A DNA stretch of 64,000 nt from Hydrolagus colliei (Eukaryota). A program made the translations under genes and the position numbers. Where the stretch lies: the NCBI GenBank assembly GCA_035084275.1, contig CM068752.1, forward strand, positions 10,106,001 through 10,170,000, in the 5' to 3' direction. Below the pieces are notes generated by a model. It saw only the letters and a program-made list of their open reading frames with translations. It had not been told where the DNA came from and did not search any database. Below are positions 1 to 11,810 of this stretch, piece after piece (the first letter of the stretch is position 1; each line of letters starts with the position of its first letter).

Positions 1-179
1 TGGGTGAGAGGGGAGTCAGGTCAGCTGACTAGCGACGCAGTAGTGGGAGTGCGAGAGAGCAAGTGCGCGTGCGTCGGCCGTGAGGTGCGCGGGGAGGGGG
101 GAGGGAGAGGAGGGGTGGTGGAGTGCGATGCACTCTGGGGGTTGTAGTTGCTCTTTCCTCCTCAGTGTGTGAACAGGAA

Positions 180-422
180 GGAGAGCGGAACTACAATTCC
201 CAGCGCGCACCGCGACCCCCCCCTTCCGCAACCCAACCGTAGGCCCAACCCATTCGCGAGGAGACACCGCCATGTGAAGCAGCAGTTGCATCATCACCGT
301 CATCTGAGAAGGTGTTTTTACTCAAGGGCTCACGTCGTTCTCTTCCCGTTTTCGGTTCCTCGAGACGGAGGAGGGAGAGAGGGAGAGAGGGAGGAGAATG
401 TGGTGTCACGTCCGTTGTGAGG
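180..422. promoter_or_regulatory. CpG-rich promoter upstream of NUDCD2, probably bidirectional, with a ZNF143/Staf (SBS) motif and a YY1-like motif
   Basis: ACTACAATTCCCAGC at 190-204 matches the ZNF143/THAP11-type motif typical of bidirectional housekeeping promoters. CCGCCATG at ~268-274 is YY1-like. Region 1-480 is GC/CpG-rich. Candidate donor GTT|GTGAGG at 417. Confidence 0.55.
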
Positions 423-729
423 CTCGATCAGGGAGGGAGGGGGGAGGTCGGTTGTTGGCGCCTGAAGGGGACAGGGAGAGGGAGGCCAGCGCTTCTCTCC
501 TGAAACCTTCGCCTTCTCTTAATTGTGCCTCAGTTTCCCTTTCTGTTGTCCGCAAAACATGTCGACTCCCTCCCCCCCCTCCCCACCCACTTTCCCCTCC
601 CCTCCCCCCCTAAATAAATACAGTCACCCCCACTTTACAGTGTGTCCTGTGAAGCACTTTGCCTGGAGGTGAAGCTCAATAAATTATCAATAATAATAAT
701 ACTGATGCTAATCATGATAATAGTATAAC

Positions 730-1021
730 AATAATAATCCTTGCATTTGATGTAGCGCATTTCACGTCTTCCAGACGTCTCAAAAGCGCTTCACAGAATG
801 TACTGTAAAGTGAATTGACTGTATATTTGTGGGCAAAACGCGGCAGCCGATTGCGCACGGCAGCGTCCCCACAAACAGTCGTGGATTGAAATGACCCTTT
901 TTTTTAGAGGGATTATTATTATTAGGCGTGTGGAATTCAGGAAATTTGCCCAAGGTTTCACGCTGACCTACCTGTAATTGCTTGTAAGGCGAGTGCGCTA
1001 ACCACTGAGCTACAGGACTCC
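730..1021 (-). mobile_element. tRNA-derived SINE, full length (dominant family of the window)
   Basis: Reverse complement of: head GGAGTCCTGTAGCTCAGTGGTTAG (Pol III A box), central GCTGTGCGCAATTGGCTGCCGCGTTT (Deu-like) and L2-like tail GTGAAGCGCTTTGAGACGTCT...AAATGCAAGGATTATTATT. Confidence 0.85.
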
Positions 1022-1590
1022 GCATTGCAATATTATTGCAATCGTACCCCGTGGTGTTTGATATCCACGCATGCAGAGCCTTAAGGCGTCTTCAAGACCA
1101 CTCTTAACCGATACACCGAATAATGCTGTCAACTGGTGTGACTACAGCAGCAACAACTTGAATTTATATGGCGCTTTACAATGGCGGAGCTCGAGGCCGA
1201 GCCGGGGGAAGGGGATAGTGACCGTAAGCGCAGTCGGTCAAAGAAGAACGTCTTCAGGCGTGACCTGAAGCAGGGAAAAGAGTGGTGGGGTTTTTTTTTG
1301 AAGCCAACGGGTTGAGGGAGGGAGGGAATTGCAAAGTTTCAGGGCGTAGTGGCTGAAAGCACGGCCTGCCGATGGAGCGGAGGATTCGGGGGACAAGGAG
1401 GAGTACATGTGTGTCGTTGGTCAAACGGGGTAGCTGATGGTGCAATCAATTTGATTATTATTGTTCCAGTTGAATGTGAGGATTATTATTGATGCTGGCA
1501 CCACCTTCCTTCCCTGCCCTCTCATCCCATTCTCTTCCACTTCCTCCCACAGTGCAATGTGATTGACTGTGACCTGTGTCCGAAGCCGGC

Positions 1591-3278
1591 ATGTCTGTCA
1601 ATTTTGAGGAGAGAAGTGGCGCTGTGCCTTGCCAGACTCCCTGGGGTCAGTGGTATCAAACCATGGAGGAGGTTTTCATTGAGGTCCATGTGCCGCCTGG
1701 AACCACCAGCAAGGACGTCAGGTGTCACCTGGGGAGCAAAGCTGTAGCCCTGTCCGTCAAAGGGGAGGATATCCTGAAGGTAAGCACGTCGGCGGGACGA
1801 TGGGTGGACTTTAAAGGTCAATTTTAAAAATCCGACTGTGGGACACTGCTGTGCGCAATAGGCTGCCGCGTTTCATCCACAAAACCATAGTCAACTCACT
1901 TTATATTCCGCGAATCTCAATGAAAAGCTTCCATCAGTAGATCCTGTGTTCTTTTCTAATGAGTTGCACAGTCAACCGAGAGTGTTTGATAGTGGATTAT
2001 TCTCTAGAGTTTTTTTGGTTGTGTTTAAATGTGCAGATTGGTACTGGTAATGTTATATAGTATGGTGTTCCATTGTATAATATAATATAAGTCTCAAGAA
2101 CCTCCATGATCAAACTGCTTTGCACCCTTGTAACAGGATTCCATTTTATTTCCAGGGTGCATTGTTTGATTGCACTGTTTCTGATGAAGGCATCTGGACA
2201 CTAGGTAAGCAGTAACCTAAACTAATATGTTACATTAATGAAATATGTGTGTGTGCATAGTTAGGGCTTATTAATAGACTCATATTGCACAGTCAATGAC
2301 AAAGAAACAATTCATCTTTAATAATAATACTTGCATTTGATAGAGCGCCTTATAACGTGTTGGAGACATTTGAAAGCGCTTCACAAAATATACTGTAAAT
2401 CTTGTGATGCGGAATACTTTTGTCATTCTCTATTTAGAAAGTAAATGCTGTTTTTTAAAAAAAACACATTTGATTACATAACACCTATAGTTTCATGAAC
2501 AATTAAATTATTTTCTAACAGAGGACAAGAAACTAATCCGGATTGTGCTGATGAAGAGCAATCGAGAAGCTGGGAACTGCTGGACCTCATTGCTGAAAGG
2601 ACAGTACAGCGCCGATCCCTGGGTGCAAGATCAGATGCAGCAAAAACTCACACTAGAGAGGTTCCAAAGAGAGGTGGGTGATAATAAACTGAATGTGCAA
2701 AGTAATGTTCTGTTTCTTTCAGCACAATAATAGTGCAGTACAGCAATAGAAGCAGATCTAGTACACAGCTCCTCCTGATGTGAAAGGCGCTCTAGATGTA
2801 ATTTTGTTGTTATTGTGCTGCACTTTTTATTTCACTTAATGCAAATATTTATTCAAAACTTTAGTTGTAATAATCCTTGCATTTGATGTTACGCTTTTCA
2901 CATCTTCTAGATGTCTTAAAGCGCTTTACAGAATGTGCTGTAAAGTAATTGACTGCATATTTCTGGGTGAAATGCGGCAGCCAATTGCGCTCAGCAGTGT
3001 TCCACAAAAAGTTGTGTATTGAAATGACTAATTATTGGTGATTATTATCAGGGTTGTGTAGTAAGGAAACTTGCCCAAGGTTTCTTCCTGCCTGGAATTG
3101 AAACCAGATCTAATTGGGGTGGGTGAGCAAAGGAAAGAGTTTGAAACTGTTGAAGTGTACATAATCCTGTTGAAAATCCAAAATACATCTATTACTTTAA
3201 GCTTACATGCAGTTAGTGTCAAATATTGCTGAGGGCGGGAGGGAACTAAACCCTGCCAACAACAAACTATATATATAT

Positions 3279-3319
<41 letters not shown>

Positions 3320-3879
3320 TGAATATCCAGATTTGGGGGATGCCCATGATTTCCTGCATTGTAAGTTTCTCATTTCCACCAAGTAAATAAGCATCGGATA
3401 AAGATCCAGGCTGGAAGTCCACTTGATCATCTATCGTATACAGTTCATAGCTTCTAATCCAAAAGGGTTTTAACCAGTGTCCAAATCAGTGATTTGTAGG
3501 AATCATCAACAACAACAACTTGCACTTATAGTGCCCTCTACACTGGGTAGAGTCTCATTGAGAATGGCGGAGCCTGACTCTGAGCTGGGAGGAGGGAATT
3601 CGTGATTATTTTGTTTGGCATTACTATATGTTGGCTGGGGTTCGGTATTCTGGTCTGTTCAGATTATCCCCATGTTTCTGCCAGTTCATAAATTTTACAA
3701 TCTTTGACCACTCTTGTCAGAAAACCATAACATTTGCAACACTGTCAAGTTGTTATGTTGCACAACTGACACATGTTTTTTCTCTCCTTACACAGAACCC
3801 AGGCTTTGACTTCAGCGGTGCTAATATTACTGGAAACTATGGTGGAGGTGGTCCAGATTTCTCAAATTTGGGGAAGTGA
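1591..3879 (+). CDS. NUDCD2: NudC domain-containing protein 2 (CS/p23-like HSP90 co-chaperone), 157 aa
   Basis: Exons 1591-1779, 2156-2204, 2522-2673, 3796-3879 (189+49+152+84=474 nt), all GT-AG and phase-consistent. Translation MSVNFEERSGAVPCQTPWGQWYQTMEEVFIEV...GIWTLEDKKLIRIVLMKSNREAGNCWTSLL...ERFQRENPGFDFSGANITGNYGGGGPDFSNLGK* closely matches vertebrate NUDCD2. AATAAA at ~4301. Confidence 0.96.
3265..3317. repeat. (TA)n/(TG)n microsatellite in NUDCD2 intron 3
   Basis: Directly visible. Confidence 0.9.
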
Positions 3880-4714
3880 AGGTGATCACAAGACAAGACA
3901 CCTGGTAACCCCAATAATACTACAATAAGGTGTGAAGACACTATATGTGCCCTGAAGCACCTACACATGACCCACAAGTTCTGAAATGCATGTGACTGCT
4001 TCAATGAGGAACATTAGAGCTACAAGAGATAATGATACAGCAATAAGTTTGTTTTCCTAGCTGTGGAATTTCTAACATGCAGTAAACAGCACAACCAAAA
4101 ATTCATGATGGAATATATGAGTGAACACCAGACACACATTTTTCCTTAATGGAGCTTAGATCTGATTACTTGTCCAAGGCTGAAACAAAGCAGATCTTAA
4201 CAAAATAACTTTTAATTCAAAACAAAACTCCAGTGCAAGGAAGAGTTAAAGAATTTGAACATCTGAGTTCATTTTCCAATTTCATATGTATTTTTTGTAA
4301 AATAAAAAAAGACATTGGTTGATTGGGGTGCACAGTGTAATGTCATGTTTCCATGTACTGCTGTGGGTTTATACAATTCTAGTTGGTAAAGCAGGCTTGT
4401 CTGCAATCAGGCAGGCAATATCCTCTTTGCTACTGTGTTTCCTGATACAAGAAAATTCACTAGTCTTAAGTGAATTAACACAATTGAATTACCTGTTTGA
4501 TCGAATGGGATCTTTAAGATCAATGTGAAGAACAGACAGATTTTAACCATCTTCAGAGGATGACACCTGCAAAAGTGCATCAGTCCCTTTGAACTACACT
4601 TCAGTGTTATCCCAGAATGTAAATTGACTACATTATGTGGGCAAAACACAACTGCCAATTGTGCACAGAGCAAAAAGCAGTCGAGAATTGAGTGACCAAT
4701 TTATTCTTTCATTT

Positions 4715-5022
4715 AATAATAATACGTGCATTTGATACAGCCCTTTTCACATCTTCTAGACGTCTCAAAGTGCTTCACAGAATATACTGTGAGGTGAATT
4801 GATTGTATATATGTGGGTGAAACACGGCAGTCAATTGCACACAGCAGCACCACACCAACAGTCGTGGATTGAGTGGCCAGTCTTATTGTGTTTTTTCTCT
4901 CTTGGGGAATCATTATCAGGCTTGTGGAGTAAGGAAACTTGCCCAGGGTTTTGCCCTGATCTGCCTGGGATTGAAGCCAGGTCTCTCGCTTGCGAGCGCT
5001 CTAACCACTGAGCTACAAGATA
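4715..5022 (-). mobile_element. tRNA-derived SINE, full length
   Basis: Same head, core and tail as the 730-1021 copy. Confidence 0.85.
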
Positions 5023-5089
5023 CTGTTATTTTATTACAGTATAATTTAGAAGAGATTATTTATGACCAGTATAGTACTGTATTAATTTT

Positions 5090-5312
5090 ATGTGGCGGGT
5101 GGACCCTGTCCAATCTGCCAGCGTAGGATAGGGGGCGCTGTGTGGTTTTTTTCCCCCGCGCGCGTGTGTGTGTGTACGGCATTTCCTCTTCCTGCCGCCC
5201 ACAAACCGTACGGCACCGGATGTCCGGTTGTGCAGTCAGTGAGTCAGTCAGTGGGTGGGCGGGTGTGAGGACGGGGCAGGCGGGGCGAGGTCAGCTCAGC
5301 TCAGCGGGAATC
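5090..5312 (+). promoter_or_regulatory. CpG-rich SRA1 promoter/5'UTR
   Basis: CpG-dense. Near-palindromic ETS-type site ACCGGATGTCCGGT at 5215-5228 and GC boxes (GGGCGG) directly upstream of the SRA1 ATG at 5313. Confidence 0.5.
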
Positions 5313-5872
5313 ATGTCGGACCTGTTCGTCAAGCCAGGTACAGACACAGGGCAGCGGCGGGGAGAGTGAGGAGAGAGGCGGGGGGGGGGGGGCATGGCCT
5401 GGGCTCCCCCAACACCACCTGTTACCCTGGTTACCAGACGCTAGAGTTCCCCTCCCTCCCTCCCCACCCCATCTGTTGCTGACGTTGCAGTTGAGGAGGG
5501 AAGAGATAAACAGGAGAGAAACAGACAGGAGATAGAGAGAGGGGATACAGACTGTGTGTGTGTATATATGTGTATGAGAGAGGGAGGGGATAGAGAGATG
5601 GTAGAAAGGAAGAGAAACAAGATAAGGATAGACTTATAATGTAGTGAGGGTAGAATTAATAGGGAAGGAGACAGGATAGAGAGAAGAAGGGGAGGGCATT
5701 TAGACAATATATATATAGAGAGAGGGAGGGAGAGAGAGAGAGGGGTATCGAGACAAGTTAGAAAGGGAGAGAAATAAGGTAAAAGTGCAGAGGGAGAGAG
5801 AATAGGGGAAGAGAGATTCAGGTAGAGAGATACAGGGTAGAGAAGAAAGGGAAGAGGATATGGACAGTACTG

Positions 5873-5910
<38 letters not shown>

Positions 5911-8071
5911 TGGTAAAAGGGGAGAGATACAAGATAAGGATAGACAATATCAAACTGATTCTGACACATTCGTTGTATTTGTTGTGGTTCACTTGCTATA
6001 TCCGCTTGCTCGGTTAAAAATAAAACCATTTTGTTGTTGTTAGGGAACCAGGAGCGAGGCTGGAATGATCCTCCGCAATTTTCTTATGGGTTGCAAACAC
6101 AAGCGCAGACGGGTCAAAGGAAAAATATCCTCAATAAAAGAGTCGTACCACCGCAGTTGGATTCATCGAGAGGTGAGTATCAATTTATTCTTCGTAGTTT
6201 CTCCACAACTCAAGTATGGAGTCCTGTAGCACAGTGGTTAGAGCATCGCCTCGCAAGAGAGAAGACCTAGGTTTGATTCCCTGCAGGACGAACCTGGGGC
6301 AAGCTTCCTTAGTCTTCAACCCTGTTTACCTACCAGTAAGTAGGAACCCGGTTGCTAGTCGATTGCCTGATCGATTTTCTGGGGTAATAATTCCTTCCCC
6401 AAAAAATGTGGTCAATCAATCCACAGCTGTTTGTGGGATAGTGCTGTGTGCAGTTTCGTCCACAAATATGGAACTCATCCCAAGGGTAAGTGAGTGTTTG
6501 AATCCACCTCCTATCGTCTTGTTGTACTCTCACATTTTATCACCCTGCAGCAGCACTATATAGTTTAACTTCACTGCTGATTGTTCTCCCTGCATTACAA
6601 CCTGGAGCAAAAACATTGTCTTCGTTAAACAAACTCTCTCTCTGTGTTTTATTTCTAACCATGTGTGGTGTACTTTTCCAGCTGGAGTCCCTTCCGTGAA
6701 GCCTCTTACCCCTCCCGTAGCCTGCCAGAACACACCACCACCACCTCCCAAATCCTCCGACCCATCTGACATTAGCAAACCATTGCAAATGCCTACTGTT
6801 GTATCTGAGTGTGAAGTAAATGTGGAGGATGTTTTAACTCCATTGAATAAGACACTGGAAGCATGTAGAACAACTGTTAAGGTAAATAGAGAGCAACAAT
6901 GATAGTCAGATACCAATGAGCTGTAAAATTATTATTGTTTGACATTCTTTTCAATCTTCCTGCACCAAAGGTCCTGGAATTTCTGATTTGAATAAATTCC
7001 AGATTGTAATCCTAGTTTTGTTTTAAAACTGTGCCAGTGAATGGTTAAAGAATGTTATTTAGTTTATAATAAATAATAATCCTTGCATTTGACATCTTCT
7101 AGACATCTCAAAGTGCTTCACAGAATATACTGTTAAGTGAATTTACAGTTTATTTTGTGGGTGAAATATAAATATACTATACTGTTTTGTACACTTGGTC
7201 ATGGTGCTGCATTAATGTTAACTGGCTATGACCAATTAATGATCCTTCAACTTTAAACTTCTGTTCTAGAAACAAGTGTGCGATGATATCGGCAGAAGGC
7301 TGAAGATTCTACAGGACATGTGGCAGTCTGGGAAGTTGTCTGAAACCGTGCGGAAAAGAATGCACACACTCGCACAAGGTGACCAGTGAGAGGAAAACTG
7401 ACAATATGGGAAATTGATAGAGAATTGTGCATAGCATTTGGAACATCAACAATTTTTAATTTAGTTTGTGGTTTGGCTCCAGATCATGGCTCAGCGATCA
7501 TGGCCACTGGGAACTGTTTTAAAACTGTCCTTGAGTCATTTCGCGTGGGAATTAACAGAGACAGAGAGGAGACGTTTTATGGCAGAAATCTGGGCTGGAT
7601 TTGGTCACAAATAAGAGTGAACAAATTGAGGGTCTCAATAAATGGTTCAAAATTTTGGGAGTCCCACAGATTTAGTGAGCAACAATATATAATAATATAC
7701 AGTAATATAATAAGATACACTTATGGGAAGGGAAGGGAATCAATGCAAAGATTTCAGCTCATTCAAAGACAATCCTTAATATGTACAAAGCATAATTCTA
7801 CAAATATGAGAATGTAGGATATTTTATCATCTCCCAGCATTTTTAATGTTTTAAAGACTTAATTCATGCCCCCCATGTTTGCCTGTTGACAGAAATGGAG
7901 CAACACAATTGGGACTCCGCTGACGAGATGCACAGATCATTGATGGTTGATCACGTGAACGAAGTGGGACAGTGGATGGTTGGAGTGAAACGTCTCATTG
8001 CTGAAACCAAAAATCTTCCGCCTGGCCTTAATCCCGCTGAGAAAGAAGGGTGTGAGTCGGAGAAAAACTGA
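5313..8071 (+). CDS. SRA1: Steroid receptor RNA activator 1 protein (SRAP), 213 aa
   Basis: Exons 5313-5337, 6044-6172, 6682-6881, 7270-7378, 7893-8071 (642 nt), GT-AG and phase-consistent. Signature motifs [26 protein letters not shown], a proline-rich linker, [11 protein letters not shown]...W..GKLS and [25 protein letters not shown]. Confidence 0.96.
5495..5950. repeat. Purine-rich (GA/AG) low-complexity tract with (TA)n(GA)n microsatellite in SRA1 intron 1
   Basis: Directly visible GAGA/GGAG-rich run, with (TA)n then (GA)n at ~5873-5910. Confidence 0.8.
6217..6470 (+). mobile_element. tRNA-derived SINE, longer variant carrying an extra CCTGTTTACCTRCCAGTAAGTAGGAACC segment
   Basis: Same tRNA head plus an extra ~70-bp internal block, also seen at ~47898-48235 (-), ~54230-54458 (-) and ~56870-57260 (+). 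Confidence 0.7.
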
Positions 8072-9084
8072 GTATCTGAGTTTCAACTGAGTTTGTTGAT
8101 CCTACTTGACAGAACTGCTTCTGAAGTAAGAATCGCAACAGGAATCCAGGATCAAAATGACACACAAGCAGAATATATAAAACGTTTTTAACGATCTTTG
8201 CATTTAGCAGAAGAAGGGAACGCTTTCTCCAGCTGCACTGTATTACAAGCCTGCTCAGTTTACAGAAAAAACAAACTTTTAGTCTTCAAGTGATGGATTC
8301 AGAGTTTCTCATTGATTGCCTTGTCTTAAACACTATATAACCGAGCAGTATATATATTGAGACTGACAATCCTGCTGTATGGTTTTGGACTACAGTACTT
8401 TGGAAATTCTCCTGCAACAAAACAAACTTCAAAATCACCTGGTACTGTACAGTGCAGGAGGAGTTTTGGCACATAGTGGATATTTTTCCTGTGGTTTGCA
8501 CTCCTTTTCATTACCTTTGCTTAAAGCTCGCTGCAAACAAGAGTGGTTGCCACTCTCCTGCTGCCTTCTTAAACTTAACTTGTATTTTTAAAAATGCAAC
8601 ATTATTAAACATTTTAAGATGAGGAAAAAAATCACCTGAAATATATTGTGGTGTTTGTTTACATAAGCATTTCTAATTTTCCTCTCTTGCACAATACATT
8701 TGTGGGGGAGGGGGTAGGTAGCTTCTTGTTCCGTCATGGGGATTTAATGTCCCACTGACCTGTCGCTGGCTCGGTTTCGTTCCAGATTCCATCATAAGAA
8801 GTTCCTATATTCCGAGGTGCTGTCCTGGCTCAGTGACCATGTCTCTCACCTCTGAATCAAAACTTTGTTCGCCTACAAATTGCGCAATCATTACACTTTA
8901 CAATAAATCCCGTGAAGCCTTTTCAGCGCCTCCCTCCCCCAACTCGCGAGACCATATTTCGCCCACAAATATACAGTCGATTCACTTTACAGTGTATTCT
9001 GTGAAGAGCTGTGAGACACAGTCTAGAAGACGTGAAAAGCACTGCATCAAATGCAAGGATTATTAGCAATAATCACCAGCAAAT

Positions 9085-9401
9085 AAAAACCGCCCAATTG
9101 TGCGTGAACCCGCCCAATACCGACCCGCATTGCCGCCCAGGGACGCACTGCCCAGGTGCCGGCTGCCGCGGCGGTGGCGTCATCACGTTCCTGCACGCGT
9201 TTGAAACGCCCACTCCGATTGGCCGATTCCGCTAGTGGCTTACAGACCACGGTCTCTGATTGGGCGCGTTTCTCTCCCTTCCCCCCCCCCCCCCCCCCCC
9301 TCCCCCCACTTCACCATCGTAGCAACGCCGCCATCTTGTTGCGGGGAGACCGGAGAGGTCGGTCAAGCGGCAGTTGAGGGGATCCTGGCGGCTGAGCCAC
9401 G
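9085..9401 (+). promoter_or_regulatory. CpG-island promoter and probable non-coding exon 1 of HMGXB3
   Basis: CpG-rich with four CCAAT/ATTGG boxes (~9095, 9115, 9218, 9259), YY1 motif CCGCCATCTT at 9328-9337, and donor ACG|GTGAGA at 9401/9402. The first coding exon (14639) has its own acceptor, so an upstream non-coding exon is required. Confidence 0.6.
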
Positions 9402-9475
9402 GTGAGAACTCCCCGGGCCGGGGTCTGTGATGTGATCGGTCTGTGTGATTTACGGTCAGGGTCCAGGCGGCCAGA

Positions 9476-9508
<33 letters not shown>

Positions 9509-9579
9509 GCCCGTGACCCCCCCCGTCTCCCTCCACGGAGGCACCGGCCTGTAAACCCACAGCTCATAGGTCACCGGCC

Positions 9580-11810
9580 ACTGAGACACACACACACACA
9601 GTGNNNNNNNNNNNNNNNNNNNNNNNNNNNNNNNNNNNNNNNNNNNNNNNNNNNNNNNNNNNNNNNNNNNNNNNNNNNNNNNNNNNNNNNNNNNNNNNNN
9701 NNNNNNNNNNNNNNNNNNNNNNNNNNNNNNNNNNNNNNNNNNNNNNNNNNNNNNNNNNNNNNNNNNNNNNNNNNNNNNNNNNNNNNNNNNNNNNNNNNNN
9801 NNNNNNNNNNNNNNNNNNNNNNNNNNNNNGGACACACAGTGATACACACACAGAGTGAGAGACACTGGGACACACAGTGATACACACACANNNNNNNNNN
9901 NNNNNNNNNNNNNNNNNNNNNNNNNNNNNNNNNNNNNNNNNNNNNNNNNNNNNNNNNNNNNNNNNNNNNNNNNNNNNNNNNNNNNNNNNNNNNNNNNNNN
10001 NNNNNNNNNNNNNNNNNNNNNNNNNNNNNNNNNNNNNNNNNNNNNNNNNNNNNNNNNNNNNNNNNNNNNNNNNNNNNNNNNNNNNNNNNNNNNNNNNNNN
10101 NNNNNNNNNNNNNNNNNNNNNNNNNNNNNNNNNNNNNNNNNNNNNNNNNNNNNNNNNNNNNNNNNNNNNNNNNNNNNNNNNNNNNNNNNNNNNNNNNNNN
10201 NNNNNNNNNNNNNNNNNNNNNNNNNNNNNNNNNNNNNNNNNNNNNNNNNNNNNNNNNNNNNNNNNNNNNNNNNNNNNNNNNNGTGATACACACACACACA
10301 GAGTGAGAGACACTGGGACACACAGTGACACACACACACACACAGAGTGAGAGACACTGGGACACACAGTGATACACACACACACAGAGTGAGAGACACT
10401 GGGACACACAGTGATACACACACACAGAGTGNNNNNNNNNNNNNNNNNNNNNNNNNNNNNNNNNNNNNNNNNNNNNNNNNNNNNNNNNNNNNNNNNNNNN
10501 NNNNNNNNNNNNNNNNNNNNNNNNNNNNNNNNNNNNNNNNNNNNNNNNNNNNNNNNNNNNNNNNNNNNNNNNNNNNNNNNNNNNNNNNNNNNNNNNNNNN
10601 NNNNNNNNNNNNNNNNNNNNNNNNNNNNNNNNNNNNNNNNNNNNNNNNNNNNNNNNNNNNNNNNNNNNNNNNNNNNNNGTGATACACACACACACAGAGT
10701 GAGAGACACTGGGACACACAGTGACACACACACACACACAGAGTGAGAGACACTGGGACACACAGTGATACACACACACACAGAGTGAGAGACACTGGGA
10801 CACACAGTGATACACACACACAGTGAGAGACACTGGGACACACAGTGATACACACACACACACAGAGTGAGAGACACTGGGACACACAGTGATACACACA
10901 CACAGTGAGAGACACTGGGACACACAGTGATACACACACACACACACAGAGTGAGAGACACTGGGACACACAGTGATCGACACACACACAGAGTGAGAGA
11001 CACTGGGACACACAGTGATACACACACACACACAGAGTGAGAGACTGGGACACACAGTGATACACACACACACACAGAGTGAGAGACACTGGGACACACA
11101 GTGATACACACACAGAGTGAGAGATACTGGGACACACAGTGATACACACACACACACACGGAGTGNNNNNNNNNNNNNNNNNNNNNNNNNNNNNNNNNNN
11201 NNNNNNNNNNNNNNNNNNNNNNNNNNNNNNNNNNNNNNNNNNNNNNNNNNNNNNNNNNNNNNNNNNNNNNNNNNNNNNNNNNNNNNNNNNNNNNNNNNNN
11301 NNNNNNNNNNNNNNNNNNNNNNNNNNNNNNNNNNNNNNNNNNNNNNNNNNNNNNNNNNNNNNNNNNNNNNNNCAGTGAGAAAGACAAGGACATGTACAGT
11401 GATAGACACACACACAGAGTGAGAGACACTGGGACACACAGTGATACACACACACAGTGATAGACACACACACACAGTGATAGACACACACACACAGAGT
11501 GAGACACTGGGACGCACACAGTGATACACACACACACAGAATGAGAGAGACACTGGGACACACACAGTGAGAGACTAGGACATAGATTCATAGAATTTTA
11601 CGGCACAAAAGGAGGCCATTCGGCCCATCTAGTCTGTACAGTGATAGACACATACAGTGAGAGAGACACTGGGACACACAATGATAGACACACAGTGAGA
11701 GACACTGGGGGGACACAGTGAAAGACACACACACAGTGAGAGACACACAGGGAGAGAGACACTGACACACACAGTGAGAGACACTGGGGGGGGGGGGGGG
11801 GGGACACAGG
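9580..11810. repeat. CA-rich minisatellite (unit ~40 bp: GTGAGAGACACTGGGACACACAGTGATA(CA)nGA) interrupted by four assembly gaps
   Basis: Repeated unit visible directly at 10282-10431 and 10679-11165, degenerating towards 11800. N-runs at 9604-9829, 9891-10281, 10432-10678 and 11166-11372. Confidence 0.95.

Noticed and set aside
16-613. Several ORFs in the first 600 bp
   Set aside because: GC-rich promoter and low-complexity sequence with no recognisable protein similarity.
5441-6029. 183-aa and 109-aa minus-strand ORFs rich in L/S/P
   Set aside because: Translation of the purine-rich low-complexity tract in SRA1 intron 1.
10282-11165. Regularly repeated ~28-bp unit superficially like a CRISPR array
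   Set aside because: The 'spacers' are only variable-length (CA)n, there are no unique spacers or cas genes, and the context is a vertebrate intron.
9311-11591. Very long ORFs (664-750 aa) rich in C/V/S/H
   Set aside because: They are translations of the CA-rich minisatellite running through N gaps, not genes.
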